Positions 38,337 to 48,554 are shown, counted from the stretch's first letter. The stretch: DNA of 64,000 nucleotides from an uncultured Chloroflexia bacterium (GCA_963724295.1 CAVRUC010000013.1:448001-512000), one strand, 5' to 3'. The notes: generated by a model from the letters alone, not told the origin. Translations and numbers: made by a program.

Positions 38337-38706
38337 GGACGATACCTCAGGCGGGCCGAATATCGGACAGATGCGTCCAAAGCTGCGGCCGGTTGGCGTA
38401 TCGGTGCGCAGCAGCAACGCCCGACCCTTCTGCGCCGCTTCTTGTGTATCGTCGCTGGAGCTGCATCGAGGGTCGAGCAGATTGTCCTCTGCGGCGAGGG
38501 TAAAGCGGAGAACCGGGGAGTAGAGGAGATCGAACAGCAGATGGGGAGCGTGTTTGCCACCAGGATGTGCGTTGCTGCTGTCACAATCCGCTTGAACGCC
38601 GGCATTTCTATCGTCAACACCGCTGGTACACTCGACCGCCGTGGAGCGGGGCTGTACCGCGCGGCGAGGTGACCGCAAAGCCCCCTCTGAACAGAGGCAT
38701 GGGGAA

Positions 38707-39825
38707 ATGGGGAAAGACCGGGTGGGCGCCGGCTTGGGACTCGGTGCGGCCGCGGCCTTCTCGCGGCGCCTGGCGCTGCAGGGGCTCGTTGGAACGGCTC
38801 TCGCCGGCGCGACGGGGCTGAACGCCCGACTCACGGGCGCGACGTACGCAGCTCCCGATGAGTTCGCGGCCAAGGCGGTCTATCTCAACCCGACCATGGA
38901 CGACGGATACGATCTCGACCGACTGCTCAGCCTGATCGATCGCACCGAGCTCAACGCCCTCGTCATCGACGTCAAGGAAGAGGGTGTCTACGTTGAGACC
39001 GGAGTCGACCTCTTTCGCGAGGCCGGCACGGTGGTCCCCTACTACGACGTGGCGGCGGTCCTCGACGCCCTGCACGCCAACGACGTCTACGCCATCGCCC
39101 GCCAGGTCGTCTTCAAGGACACGCCGCTGGCCGAGGCCCGGCCGGACCTGGCCGTCGCCGATACCGCGACCGGCGGACTCTGGCGCGATATGAACGGAGT
39201 CGCCTGGGTCAATCCCTTCAACGAAGACGTGTGGGCGGCGAACATCGACCTCGCCCTGGAGCTGGTCGGGCTCGGCTTCGACGAGATCCAGTTCGACTAT
39301 GTCCGCTTCCCGACCGACGGCGACATCGAGGCGATGGACTTCGGGCGTGAGGTGACGGAGCCGGTGCGAGTCGAGACGATCGCCGACTTCCTCGGCGAGG
39401 CCCGGGCCAGCCTGGCGGCGAGCGGGGCCAAGGTGGGAGCCGACGTCTTCGGGTTCACCCTGATCCTCGACGACATCGGGATCGGCCAGAACGTCGGGCG
39501 CATCGCCGAGGTCGTCGACTACGTCTGTCCGATGGTCTACCCCTCCCACTTCCCGCACGGGAGCATCGCCGTCGACGGCCATCCGAACGACTACCCCTAC
39601 GAGACGATCGCGATCAGCCTCGGCGCCGGTGAGGAAAAGGTCGCCGGGTTGAGGGGCAAGCTCCGCCCCTGGCTCCAGGACTTCACGCTGCCGGGGATGA
39701 GCGACTACGGGCCGGCGCAAGTCCGCGCCCAGATCGACGCCGCCGAGGCGAATGGCGCTGCCGGTTGGATGATCTGGAACGCCGCCAGCGTCTACCACGA
39801 AGACGCGTTCTCCCCGGCCGGCTAG
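38707..39825 (+). CDS. Putative glycoside hydrolase (DUF4015-like TIM barrel) with Tat-like signal
   Basis: NALVIDVK, IARQVVFKD, WVNP, GFDEIQFDYVRFP, IGQ, PMVYPSH, RPWLQDF and WNA. Confidence 0.85.
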   Translation: MGKDRVGAGLGLGAAAAFSRRLALQGLVGTALAGATGLNARLTGATYAAPDEFAAKAVYLNPTMDDGYDLDRLLSLIDRTELNALVIDVKEEGVYVETGVDLFREAGTVVPYYDVAAVLDALHANDVYAIARQVVFKDTPLAEARPDLAVADTATGGLWRDMNGVAWVNPFNEDVWAANIDLALELVGLGFDEIQFDYVRFPTDGDIEAMDFGREVTEPVRVETIADFLGEARASLAASGAKVGADVFGFTLILDDIGIGQNVGRIAEVVDYVCPMVYPSHFPHGSIAVDGHPNDYPYETIAISLGAGEEKVAGLRGKLRPWLQDFTLPGMSDYGPAQVRAQIDAAEANGAAGWMIWNAASVYHEDAFSPAG

Positions 39826-39886
39826 TCGGAGATCGCCAGTCGGAGTTGTGAGTCGAGAAGCCGAGGAGTCGTGAAGTTCCTTCCTT

Positions 39887-39991
39887 CACCCCCTGAGTCC
39901 GCGCACTTGCAGCGGACGCCACCCCCTGAAGCCGCAACGCGGCTGGCACCCCCTGAGGCGAAGCCGGCACCCCCTCGGGCCGCTTGCGGCC
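39887..39991. repeat. Four CACCCCCT(GA) units, mostly each followed by a small hairpin
   Basis: Units at 39887, 39920, 39947 and 39968; hairpins GTCCGC/GCGGAC, AGCCGC/GCGGCT and GGCCGC/GCGGCC. Confidence 0.7.
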
Positions 39992-39992
39992 A

Positions 39993-40967
39993 TCAGGGAG
40001 CCGTTGGCGTCGCGAACTCGTTCATGATCTCGTCGATCAGGATCTCGTCGAGCGCCGGGTCTGCGTCATTCACCCGCTGCGTGCGGGCGCTGTCGACCGA
40101 ATCGAAGGGAACCACGTAGGCGACCGGTCTCCGGCTGGGCGGGGTGTCCTGGCGCTCGACCACGTAGTAGTTCCCGTTGCGCGCCGTAACCAGAATCAAC
40201 CCCGACGACGGCAGCGTGTCGCGCACGCCCTCTGTCATCGTGAAGACGACCTCGATGCTCGAGTCCGCCTCTCCTGCCATGAGCAGCTCGGCGTCTACCC
40301 TCGCGCCGTTCGCGGTCGCGATCAGCGCATCCAACAGGTACATCGCGACCAGGAGCACAATGGGGATGATCTTGCGCTCCCGGATCTGAGCGATGATGGT
40401 CTGCCGCGGTCCGAAGCTGAGCCAGATGACGTAGAAAAACAGCAACGACCCGAACGTCCCCATCAAGCCCGCGACGTCGCCCAGCACCGAGCTCGCTCCC
40501 ATCAGCCCCGCATCGATTCCGGCCTGGACGGCGGCGATCAGCAGCGGGGAGACGATCAGGAGGTTGACGATGAGCAGGAGCAGGCGTCCGAATCGCTGCC
40601 TGGCGCGGTCATACCACGAGTGCAACCGCGCAATGCGGGAGGTCAGCACCCGGTAGATCAGGTAGAAGAAGAGCAGGGCGGTTGGGTATTCGAGGAGACT
40701 CTCCAGCACATGCGCCGATTGCAGCGCGATGAATGCTGGCGCCAGATCGAGCGATGTGACCTCGATCGACATGCGTGAGTAATAGGCGTCGGTGTAGACG
40801 GACCCGATCAGATAGAGCCCGGTCGACGTCGCCACGGCGATGACCGCGGACTCGATGACGCGCTGTGCCGTGCCAAAGACCGGGCTGGCCCTATCCGGTA
40901 TGACATCGTCGCTATCGGCCGGCGCGTCGCGCTCGGTCGCTACCGCACTCGTCCCTATCCCCATCAC
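39993..40967 (-). CDS. Hypothetical polytopic membrane protein
   Basis: About 5 TM helices plus a C-terminal soluble domain; coupled to the upstream gene by a GTGA overlap. Confidence 0.75.
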   Translation of the reverse strand: MMGIGTSAVATERDAPADSDDVIPDRASPVFGTAQRVIESAVIAVATSTGLYLIGSVYTDAYYSRMSIEVTSLDLAPAFIALQSAHVLESLLEYPTALLFFYLIYRVLTSRIARLHSWYDRARQRFGRLLLLIVNLLIVSPLLIAAVQAGIDAGLMGASSVLGDVAGLMGTFGSLLFFYVIWLSFGPRQTIIAQIRERKIIPIVLLVAMYLLDALIATANGARVDAELLMAGEADSSIEVVFTMTEGVRDTLPSSGLILVTARNGNYYVVERQDTPPSRRPVAYVVPFDSVDSARTQRVNDADPALDEILIDEIMNEFATPTAP

Positions 40968-41734
40968 CCCATCACCCCATCACCCTGCGGGCCATCGACC
41001 CGTACCAGCTCCGCTAGCACCGGCAGATGGTCCGAACCGGCGTTGCCGCCGATCCAGGAGGCGAGGGTGCGGAAGTGCGCGGTGTGCCAGACGTAGTCGA
41101 CCCGCAGCAGGGGCGGCAGGGGGAGTTCGCCCAGGGGATGGCCGCGATAGGCCAGGTGCGAGAACCGTGTCGGCAGCGTGAAACCAGCGCCACGTCCAGC
41201 TGTACCGAAGGCGTCGATCAGACCCGACTGCCGCAGCTGGTGATAGGCCGCCTGCCAGCCGACACGGTTGAAATCGGTGAGCAGCACCGACGGCTGGCCG
41301 CGGGTAGCCTCCACGGCGATCCCGGAGATTTGTTGATCGGCCAGTGCCGCCTGGCGGATCCGGTTCCGCCCGAGGCGCGGAGGTGGTGGGTGCGCGACGA
41401 TGACGGCGATCTCCCCATCGGGTGCGGCCACACGCGCCTGCAGATCGGGGCGACCGGGATGCAGCTCGAGCAGCTGAGTCTCCCGTACCGGGAAGCGAGA
41501 GAGGAGACCCTTACCAGGGATACCGGTCGCATGCAGCACCTGATATGGGTAATCGTCCCCAAGCAGATCGGCAATCGCGTCGCCTTGCTCCGGAGCCAGC
41601 TCCTGCAACCCGATGATATCGGCGCCGGACTGGCGCAGTACCTCGACCAGCCGCAGCGGAGCGGCCAACCCGGCGCCGACGTTGTAGGTCATCACGGTCA
41701 GCATCGGCGGTAGCAGTTCCAGCTCCCCGGCCAC
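40964..41734 (-). CDS. Endonuclease/exonuclease/phosphatase (EEP) family protein
   Basis: VMTYNV, ADIIGLQE, LSRFP, DFN, RVDYVW and GSDHLPV. Confidence 0.9.
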   Translation of the reverse strand: MAGELELLPPMLTVMTYNVGAGLAAPLRLVEVLRQSGADIIGLQELAPEQGDAIADLLGDDYPYQVLHATGIPGKGLLSRFPVRETQLLELHPGRPDLQARVAAPDGEIAVIVAHPPPPRLGRNRIRQAALADQQISGIAVEATRGQPSVLLTDFNRVGWQAAYHQLRQSGLIDAFGTAGRGAGFTLPTRFSHLAYRGHPLGELPLPPLLRVDYVWHTAHFRTLASWIGGNAGSDHLPVLAELVRVDGPQGDGVMG

Positions 41735-41911
41735 GAGTAAAAGGCAGACGGCTTGTGGCGAATTGTCTGAGCGATGCTACCCCGGAAGACAAGCACCGGG
41801 TAGCGTTGGGCCGGCGCTCCAGGTCCCGGCTGGGCCGGCTCCCGGCGATAATGCCTCAATCCCGCACGCTGCGTGGCCAGCATGCCTGGAACAGGGAAAG
41901 GGATACCCGAG

Positions 41912-42553
41912 ATGCAAGACATCGCCAAGGACGTGGCCGTGCAGACGGTGCCCTGGAAGGCGGGGCAGAGCTGGTGGGTCGCCGGTATCGAGGGGATCGT
42001 CGCTCTCGCGGTCGGCGTCTACATCATGGCGGACCCATTCGGCGCCAGTGACCTCATTCGCTTTCTGATCGCGCTCGTCCTCCTCCTCGACAGCGCGGGT
42101 CACATCGTCGAGGGCTTCCGCTCACGCGATCTCTCATCAACCCCTTGGGAGACGTTACGCGGCGGCATTGGCGCCACCGTCGCGGTGCTCACGATCCTCT
42201 CCGCCTGGTCGGACTACGTCGCGGATGATGGCGCGCGGCAGATGCTGGCCATCGGGCTGCTCGCCTATGGTGTGCTTGGCCTCGTCTCGCTCATCTTCAC
42301 CTACCGCTCGACCGGGTTCCGGACCGCCGCGATCATCGCCGACCTCCTCACGATCGTACTCGGCATCCTCCTTCTCAGTGCCAGTTCGGGGGATACTGGC
42401 GGCACGCGCTTGCTGGGAGCGGCGGCGGCCGTGGGCGGTATTGCGTTGCTGGGCTACTCCTGGTACCTGCGGGGCAAACCCGGTCGTGAATCTCGCGCCG
42501 GAGCGGCCACCGGGGCAGCGCCGGCGACCGCTCCGGATCGAGACGCGGTGTAG
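41912..42553 (+). CDS. HdeD/DUF308-like membrane protein
   Basis: WW...IEGIVALAVG...P followed by six TM helices. Confidence 0.7.
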   Translation: MQDIAKDVAVQTVPWKAGQSWWVAGIEGIVALAVGVYIMADPFGASDLIRFLIALVLLLDSAGHIVEGFRSRDLSSTPWETLRGGIGATVAVLTILSAWSDYVADDGARQMLAIGLLAYGVLGLVSLIFTYRSTGFRTAAIIADLLTIVLGILLLSASSGDTGGTRLLGAAAAVGGIALLGYSWYLRGKPGRESRAGAATGAAPATAPDRDAV

Positions 42554-42596
42554 CCGTTGCACGAGGCACAGGCGGGTGGCGCGTAGTGACGCGGGG

Positions 42597-43583
42597 ATGA
42601 ACGCCACGATAATCGGCGCCATCGCCGCGGCGAAGTTGGAAACGACCATCGGCGAACGGTTCACGGGATTTGTGCGCGATCTGGCGCGGGCGCTGCGCGC
42701 GGTCAACCTGACCGGGTTGGCGGCGCAGGTCGCCTACAGCCTGATCTTTTCGATGCCGTCGATCTTGCTCATCGTCGCCTTGGTGGCCCACAACGTCGAT
42801 CAGCGCACCGGATTCGCCCTCAGCGCGGAAGTGCAGGTGCTCATCGTCGCCGCCCTGCCGCCCGGGGTGCAGCCGGTCGTCTCCACCCTGATCGACGACG
42901 CGATGATCCGCGCCCGGGAGGGTCCCTCCGTCCTCAGCGCGGTCGTGGCCATCCTGGTCGCCCTGTTCGCGGCCGGGGGTGGGCTCGGTGAGCTGGCGAA
43001 CGCGTTCGACCGGACCGCAGTGATCGACGACCGGCGTTCGCCCTGGCGCAAGCGATTCATCTTCACCGCCGGAGCGGTGCTCATCGCGACCACTCTGCTC
43101 GTGGCATTCACGCTCTACGTCTGGGGTGGCGACCTGATTGCGTGGGTCTCACGCCGATTCCGTCTGGGTGGGGACTGGGAGAGCGCCTGGCTGCAGCTTC
43201 AGGGTCCAGTCATCCTGCTGCTCGTCTTCCTGGGTGCCACCCTGCTCTACATGACGGGCAGCGGGCATTACTCCTTCCGCGAGACGGCGCCGGGGGGCGC
43301 GGTGGCGACCCTCCTCTGGCTGCTCATCGTTCAGGGATTCCAGTTCTATCTCAGCATCGCCAACCCCGGAACTGCCTACGGCGCGGCCAGCAGTCTTCTC
43401 GTCTTCCTCGTTTTCCTCTACCTGACCAGCATGGGGCTGATCCTCGGCGCGATGGTCGCCGCGGTGATCGTGCGGCGATGCCGCGAGCGAGGGATGATGG
43501 TGTTGCCGCACGGCGCGACGACGTACGCGGCGCCGCTGACGGGCGTTGGCGGCGAACCGGAGTCGGGCGGAGCACATGACTGA
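42597..43583 (+). CDS. YihY / virulence factor BrkB family membrane protein
   Basis: AAQVAY..IFS.P, PG..VAT.LW, AYGA and LYL...LILGA. Confidence 0.85.
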   Translation: MNATIIGAIAAAKLETTIGERFTGFVRDLARALRAVNLTGLAAQVAYSLIFSMPSILLIVALVAHNVDQRTGFALSAEVQVLIVAALPPGVQPVVSTLIDDAMIRAREGPSVLSAVVAILVALFAAGGGLGELANAFDRTAVIDDRRSPWRKRFIFTAGAVLIATTLLVAFTLYVWGGDLIAWVSRRFRLGGDWESAWLQLQGPVILLLVFLGATLLYMTGSGHYSFRETAPGGAVATLLWLLIVQGFQFYLSIANPGTAYGAASSLLVFLVFLYLTSMGLILGAMVAAVIVRRCRERGMMVLPHGATTYAAPLTGVGGEPESGGAHD

Positions 43584-44475
43584 ACGGCGCTCTCCAATCT
43601 GGCGGCGCATCCTGAGTTGGGTCTTCCTGATCCTCTTCTGTCTGGCGGCGCCGGTCGCGCTGGTCACGGGGTGGGCGCGACTCACCGTCGTCGACGAGGA
43701 CGTCTATGTGCGGACGGTAAGTCGTGCCGCCAGCGATCCCCGGGTGCAGCTGGGCGTCTCCCGGGCGGTCGCCACCCGTGTCGAGACAACCCTGGCTGGG
43801 AACAATCCGTCAGCGACCGAGGCGCTGCAGTCGCGCGTCGTCGCGGAGGCGCTCGGCGAAGTGACCCGGGGCGTGGTCGCCAGCGAAGAATTCCGCCAGA
43901 CGTGGGAGGGATCCAATCGGGTGGCCCACCGTTTCCTCGCCTCAGAGCTGGCGGCGGGACCAGGTCAACCGGTAACACTCGATTTGTCGCCGCTGCTCGA
44001 CGACATAGAGGCCGCGGTGGAAGCGGCCGACATCGAGGTTCCGCCTGATCTGGAGCTGGATGCTGAGGCCCTGCGCATCGAGGTGCTCGACGCCGAAACG
44101 GCAGATCGTGTCCGGCGCGGCCTGGAGCGACTCGATCTCGCCTTCGGGGGTGCGTTGGCCGTGACGCTCCTTTCCCTCATCCTGTCGGTGGTTCTTGCCC
44201 GGGACCGGCTGGCTGCCATCGGTCGCGCGGGGTTTGGTCTGGCGATCTCAATGATCGGTCTCATGGCGCTGCTGCTTGTGACGCAGGGATGGCTGACCGG
44301 CCAGGCTGGCGCGGACGGTGGCGTGGCAATCGGCGCGATCCTCGACGCCACCTCCCAGGGGCTGCGCGTCTCGACTATCGGACTGGCGCTGCTGGGATTG
44401 CTCGTCGCCGGACTCTGCACCGGTTTGCGCGCGCTGCGGGGGAATGCGACCCGGCGCTCCCTGGTCGAGGCGTAG
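43576..44475 (+). CDS. Hypothetical membrane protein
   Basis: N-terminal TM, helical extracytoplasmic domain (V.DED.YV.TV, EEF..W....R..H), three C-terminal TM helices; operonic. Confidence 0.75.
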   Translation: MTERRSPIWRRILSWVFLILFCLAAPVALVTGWARLTVVDEDVYVRTVSRAASDPRVQLGVSRAVATRVETTLAGNNPSATEALQSRVVAEALGEVTRGVVASEEFRQTWEGSNRVAHRFLASELAAGPGQPVTLDLSPLLDDIEAAVEAADIEVPPDLELDAEALRIEVLDAETADRVRRGLERLDLAFGGALAVTLLSLILSVVLARDRLAAIGRAGFGLAISMIGLMALLLVTQGWLTGQAGADGGVAIGAILDATSQGLRVSTIGLALLGLLVAGLCTGLRALRGNATRRSLVEA

Positions 44476-44479
44476 GCAG

Positions 44480-44956
44480 GTGACGTCGCGCACCGCGGAA
44501 TCCCCGCCATTCCTGATCCGGCTGGCTGAGACGCGAGACGCCGACGCGATCGCCGCGGTGCACCGGACCTCGATGCGCGAGGCGCTGCCCTATCTTCCCG
44601 ACTTGCACACCGCGGACGAGGATCGCGCCTGGGTCGCGAATGTCGTCCTCCCGCATCAGGAGGTCTGGGTCGCCGAAGCGGGAGGTCGTGTCGTCGGCGT
44701 CGCCGCCCTGGATGGGGACATGCTGGCGCAGCTCTACATCCTCCCCGGCGAGCAAGGCCGGGGGATCGGCAGCGCGTTGCTGGCGAAAGCCATGGCCCGC
44801 CGGCCCACCGGCATGCGTCTCTACGCCTTCCAGCGCAACACGCGCGCCCGCGGCTTCTACGAGCGTCGCGGCTTCGTCGCCGTCGAGTTCGGCGACGGCT
44901 CCGGTAACGAGGAAGGCGAGCCGGACGTGCTCTATCAGTGGACGCCCTCGCCTTGA
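44480..44956 (+). CDS. GNAT family N-acetyltransferase
   Basis: LYILPGEQGRGIGSALL, N.RARGFYERRGF and NEEGEPD. Confidence 0.9.
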   Translation: MTSRTAESPPFLIRLAETRDADAIAAVHRTSMREALPYLPDLHTADEDRAWVANVVLPHQEVWVAEAGGRVVGVAALDGDMLAQLYILPGEQGRGIGSALLAKAMARRPTGMRLYAFQRNTRARGFYERRGFVAVEFGDGSGNEEGEPDVLYQWTPSP

Positions 44957-45056
44957 TCCTCGCCGTCCATTTTGCGCTAGGTGGGCTCCCGCCACGCCCA
45001 ATCCCCGTACAATGCGCACGCGGCGACCCGGCCGGGAGTGGCGCGGAGGTGGGACG

Positions 45057-45971
45057 GTGGCGACGACGGCGAGCATCATCCTCTATCGCACACCCGGAGG
45101 GGCGGCGAGTTGGCGCCCGGCCAGGACGGCGCGGACGGTGGCCGGTCTCATGCCGCCGGCGGTCTACGTGGTGGCCGCCATCGTCTCGGCCCAGCTCGGC
45201 TCGGCGGTCGCCAAATTCCTGTTCGCCGCGCTCGACCCCTTGGCCACTGTCTCCCTGCGGACCGCCTTCGCCGCGCTCGTCCTGCTCGCGGTCTGGCGGC
45301 CCCACCTCCGCGGCCGCCCCCGCGCCGACCTGCTCGCGCCGCTAGCGTTGGGCGTCACCCTGGCGGGGCTGAGCCTGAGCTTCTATGCGGCGCTGGAGCG
45401 CATCCCGCTCGGGGTGGCCATGACGTTGGAGTTCGCCGGCCCCCTCGGGATCGCCCTCGTCGGCTCGCGGCGCCGGCTGGACCTCCTCTGGGGCGTGCTG
45501 GCGGCGGCCGGCATCCTCGTCTTGAGTCCCCTCGGGGGCACGATCGATCCGCTCGGTGCGGCCCTCGCGCTCCTGGGAGGGGCCTTCTGGGCCGCCTACA
45601 TCCTGCTCAGCGCGCGTATCGGGCAGGCCACCCCCGGCGGTGGTGGGCTCGCCCTCGCGATGGCGGTGGCCGCCGTCGTCACGCTCCCGTTCGGCATCGG
45701 CGCCGGCGGGCAGGTGGCGGCTGACCCGCGCGTGCTCCTCGTGGCGCTCGGCGTGGCGCTGCTCTCCTCGGTCGTCCCCTTTTCACTGGAGCTGGAGGCG
45801 CTGCGCCGCATCCCGGTCCGCGTGTTCGGCGTGCTGATGAGCCTGGAGCCGGCGATCGCCGCCCTCGTGGGGCTGGTCGTCCTGGGTGAGGCGCTCGGGA
45901 TGCGCGAGGTTGTCGCGATCGGTCTCGTCGTGACCGCCGGCGTCGGCGCCACCAGGACCGCCGAGGACTGA
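45057..45971 (+). CDS. EamA/RhtA family (DMT) exporter
   Basis: SAQLGSAVAK.LF, FY.AL.RIPLG.A.TLEF.GP and LMSLEPA; start uncertain. Confidence 0.9.
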   Translation: MATTASIILYRTPGGAASWRPARTARTVAGLMPPAVYVVAAIVSAQLGSAVAKFLFAALDPLATVSLRTAFAALVLLAVWRPHLRGRPRADLLAPLALGVTLAGLSLSFYAALERIPLGVAMTLEFAGPLGIALVGSRRRLDLLWGVLAAAGILVLSPLGGTIDPLGAALALLGGAFWAAYILLSARIGQATPGGGGLALAMAVAAVVTLPFGIGAGGQVAADPRVLLVALGVALLSSVVPFSLELEALRRIPVRVFGVLMSLEPAIAALVGLVVLGEALGMREVVAIGLVVTAGVGATRTAED

Positions 45972-46153
45972 CACCTTTCCCCTGTCACAGTACCGAGAAC
46001 CGAAGCGACGGGATGAGTCCAACGCCGATGAAGAACCACGCCCGTGACCGGGAACGGCGGTAAAGAATTTGCCCTCCCGAGTACCCCCAGAAGTTCAAAC
46101 CCTTCAAACTCTCTCGACCTGCACCGCCTGTGGGAAAGACGCGCCACCAGTGT

Positions 46154-46210
46154 CCCCCTCTCCCGTCGACGGGCCGGGTACCCAGTGGGTGGCGGGTAGG
46201 GGGTGAGGGC
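46154..46210. repeat. Degenerate CCCCTCTCCC...GGGGTGAGGG REP-like element
   Basis: ccccctctcccg...gcgggtagggggtgagggc between convergent genes. Confidence 0.45.
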
Positions 46211-46238
46211 TAGCGCTGAGGGTGAGGGCCTACCCCAA

Positions 46239-47612
46239 CTACAGGTCCGCGGTCGGCTGTCCCTCGTCGAGGGCGTAGCGCAGGATCGCGCCGATGCCTC
46301 CCAGCTCGTCGAGGGCCCGAGCCGCCTCGGAGCGTGGGGTCGGGTCGTCGGCGTCGGGGATCTGCTCCTGTTCCTCCACGCCAACCGGAACTGCGCTGCG
46401 CACCAGTTGCACCTCGGCCCCGATCTGGAGTGCCAGGCGCACGACCTCATCCTCGACCGTAGTCGGCACCAGGTTGGCAACGTCACCACCGGCCGGGTGC
46501 TCTCCCGGCGGGCTCCCCACGCCGTACAGCGGCAGGGTGTAATCGGCCCAACCCAGCTGCAAGAAGTCGTCGTTCATGACCAGGGTCATCACCTGCCCCG
46601 TTTCCAGCGCGGTGATCGTATCCACCGCGCCGGCGACGCCTTTGCCCCCGGCGCCGACCCCGTCCCGAACCGCCTGCACCGCCTCCATCTCCCGCTTCCG
46701 CTCCGCCTCTTCGACGAGGGGCTGGGCCGCGGCGATGACCTCGCTAATGCTGGCTTCGATCGGGAGGGTGATCTGACCCAGCACCCGCTCTTTGATGGTC
46801 TCGTGCAATTCCGCGTTGAGGAGCGTGAACATCTGCTCGTTGGCCGCGATGATCAGATACTCGTATGGGACCGGCGCGTTCACCTCTTCGAACGCCCGGC
46901 GCGTCTCCTCGGCGATGGTCCGGGCAAACGCCTCGACGCGCTCGTCGGCGCGATTCTGATAGCGCTTTTGCGACCACCCGCCCTGCTGCTGCTTGCGCGG
47001 GTAGCCGCTCGCCTCGAGCTGAACGCCGCGATCCCAGGTCTGCCCTTCCATGAGCCAGAGAAAGGCGTCTCGTTGATCGGCGGCAATGATGGCGTAGGAG
47101 GGATAGTCATCCGCGGCGCGGGCGAGCTGGCGCAGCGCGGGGATGGGCCCCACGGTGAACCCGGAGTCGACCGGGACATCGAGCGGAACCGGCTCGAATA
47201 CTCCCTGTTGATGGCAGGCGATGACGACGATCCCCGTGGCCGCGGGATCGAGCTCCTCATCGAGGTAGGTCGTCAGTCGCTCCATATCCGCCGTCAGACT
47301 CTCGAATGCCGCACCGCGAGGACCGTAGCTATTGACCGTCTCGTCCAGACCGCGCCGCAGCTCCTGCCACGCCGGGCGACGCGGGGCGCCGTCCTCCTCA
47401 CGCGGCGCGCGCCGCTCGGATCGCTTTGGCTCAGATGGCTCGAAACGGCCCGGCGCGGAGCCTTCCGGCCGCCAGTCGAGGCTGACTGTCAGATACGGCG
47501 CCTCGGGCGACGGCGGCAGCGCCGCCAGACGCGTCAGCGTGGCGTTGAGATCCATCGCCAGCGGGGTATCGTGCTCCAGTTCCCGAATCTGTTGGACTGG
47601 GTCAGTCGCCAT
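46239..47612 (-). CDS. Vms1/ANKZF1-like (VLRF1/baeRF1) release-factor / peptidyl-tRNA hydrolase homologue
   Basis: Three-domain eRF1-like layout: YLTVSLD; KQQQGGWSQKRYQNR catalytic loop; G...TITAL..GQV.TLV; C-terminal GGIGAILRY. Confidence 0.85.
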   Translation of the reverse strand: MATDPVQQIRELEHDTPLAMDLNATLTRLAALPPSPEAPYLTVSLDWRPEGSAPGRFEPSEPKRSERRAPREEDGAPRRPAWQELRRGLDETVNSYGPRGAAFESLTADMERLTTYLDEELDPAATGIVVIACHQQGVFEPVPLDVPVDSGFTVGPIPALRQLARAADDYPSYAIIAADQRDAFLWLMEGQTWDRGVQLEASGYPRKQQQGGWSQKRYQNRADERVEAFARTIAEETRRAFEEVNAPVPYEYLIIAANEQMFTLLNAELHETIKERVLGQITLPIEASISEVIAAAQPLVEEAERKREMEAVQAVRDGVGAGGKGVAGAVDTITALETGQVMTLVMNDDFLQLGWADYTLPLYGVGSPPGEHPAGGDVANLVPTTVEDEVVRLALQIGAEVQLVRSAVPVGVEEQEQIPDADDPTPRSEAARALDELGGIGAILRYALDEGQPTADL

Positions 47613-47927
47613 CGATGCTCCTTCCGATGGGCGCTTGCGCCTGCATGAGACCGCGCCGCCATCCGGCGCCGGTCAGATCACCTCTCTCATGGATGCACAA
47701 GTGGGGCCGACCACGAGCCTGCATGGCTTGTTCGCCTCACTCTGCTGAGTTGTCAGGACTGGCACCGAGGTTGCGACCGGACTCCTGGCATCGCGGTTCG
47801 GTGCTGGTGACTATGGCGCCCGGGGTAGCGAAGTCCCACACTGCGAGTGATGTGATCAAGAGCGCGCCGGTGATCGAAAAGTCGTCTCTCAGTCTCCAGC
47901 CATCAGCCAGGAACACCTGGAGTGGCC

Positions 47928-48554
47928 ATGCCGAAACGACTCATCGTGCTGATGCTGGGCGCGGTGCTCTTCGCCGGGGGCGCATTGATGTGGGCGGCCC
48001 GGGCGCGGAGGAATCCCGCGGCCTGTCCCTACAGTCAGCGTCTGTTCCTCGATCTCCCTCGACCGTTCATGCGGCGACAGACGCTACGCGACATGCTCGA
48101 TCTTGCCCCAGGCGAGCGGGTACTCGAAGTCGGACCCGGCACCGGTTACTACAGCCTCGATGTAGCGCGTCAGCTTGCGCCAGATGGTCAGCTCGATGTG
48201 CTCGATCTGCAGCAGCCGATGCTCGACGAGCTGATGCGCCGGGCAGCTATGGGAGGCACGGCGAACGTGGTTGCCACCCAGGGAGACGCGCGTGATCTCC
48301 CGTTCCCGGCCGCGACGTTCGACGCCGCATATCTTGTCGCCACCCTTGGCGAGATCCCCGACCGGGATCAGGCATTACGCGAGTTGCACCGCGTGCTGAA
48401 GCCAGGGGGCCGGCTGGTTGTCGGGGAGGGGCAGCCCGATCCACACATGCTCGCCGTCGATGAGCTCCGCGCTCGGGCGGAAGCGGTTGGGTTCGTCCTG
48501 GACAGGCACCAGGGCTCGCCGTTTGGATACTTTGCGCGGTTCCGATCCGGGTGA
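47928..48554 (+). CDS. Class I SAM-dependent methyltransferase
   Basis: VLEVGPGTG, GDA..LPF...TFD and ELHRVLKPGG. Confidence 0.9.
   Translation: MPKRLIVLMLGAVLFAGGALMWAARARRNPAACPYSQRLFLDLPRPFMRRQTLRDMLDLAPGERVLEVGPGTGYYSLDVARQLAPDGQLDVLDLQQPMLDELMRRAAMGGTANVVATQGDARDLPFPAATFDAAYLVATLGEIPDRDQALRELHRVLKPGGRLVVGEGQPDPHMLAVDELRARAEAVGFVLDRHQGSPFGYFARFRSG

Noticed and set aside
39887..39991. Mini-CRISPR
   Set aside because: Repeats are only 8-10 nt, spacers are 11-23 nt and self-complementary, and there are no cas genes
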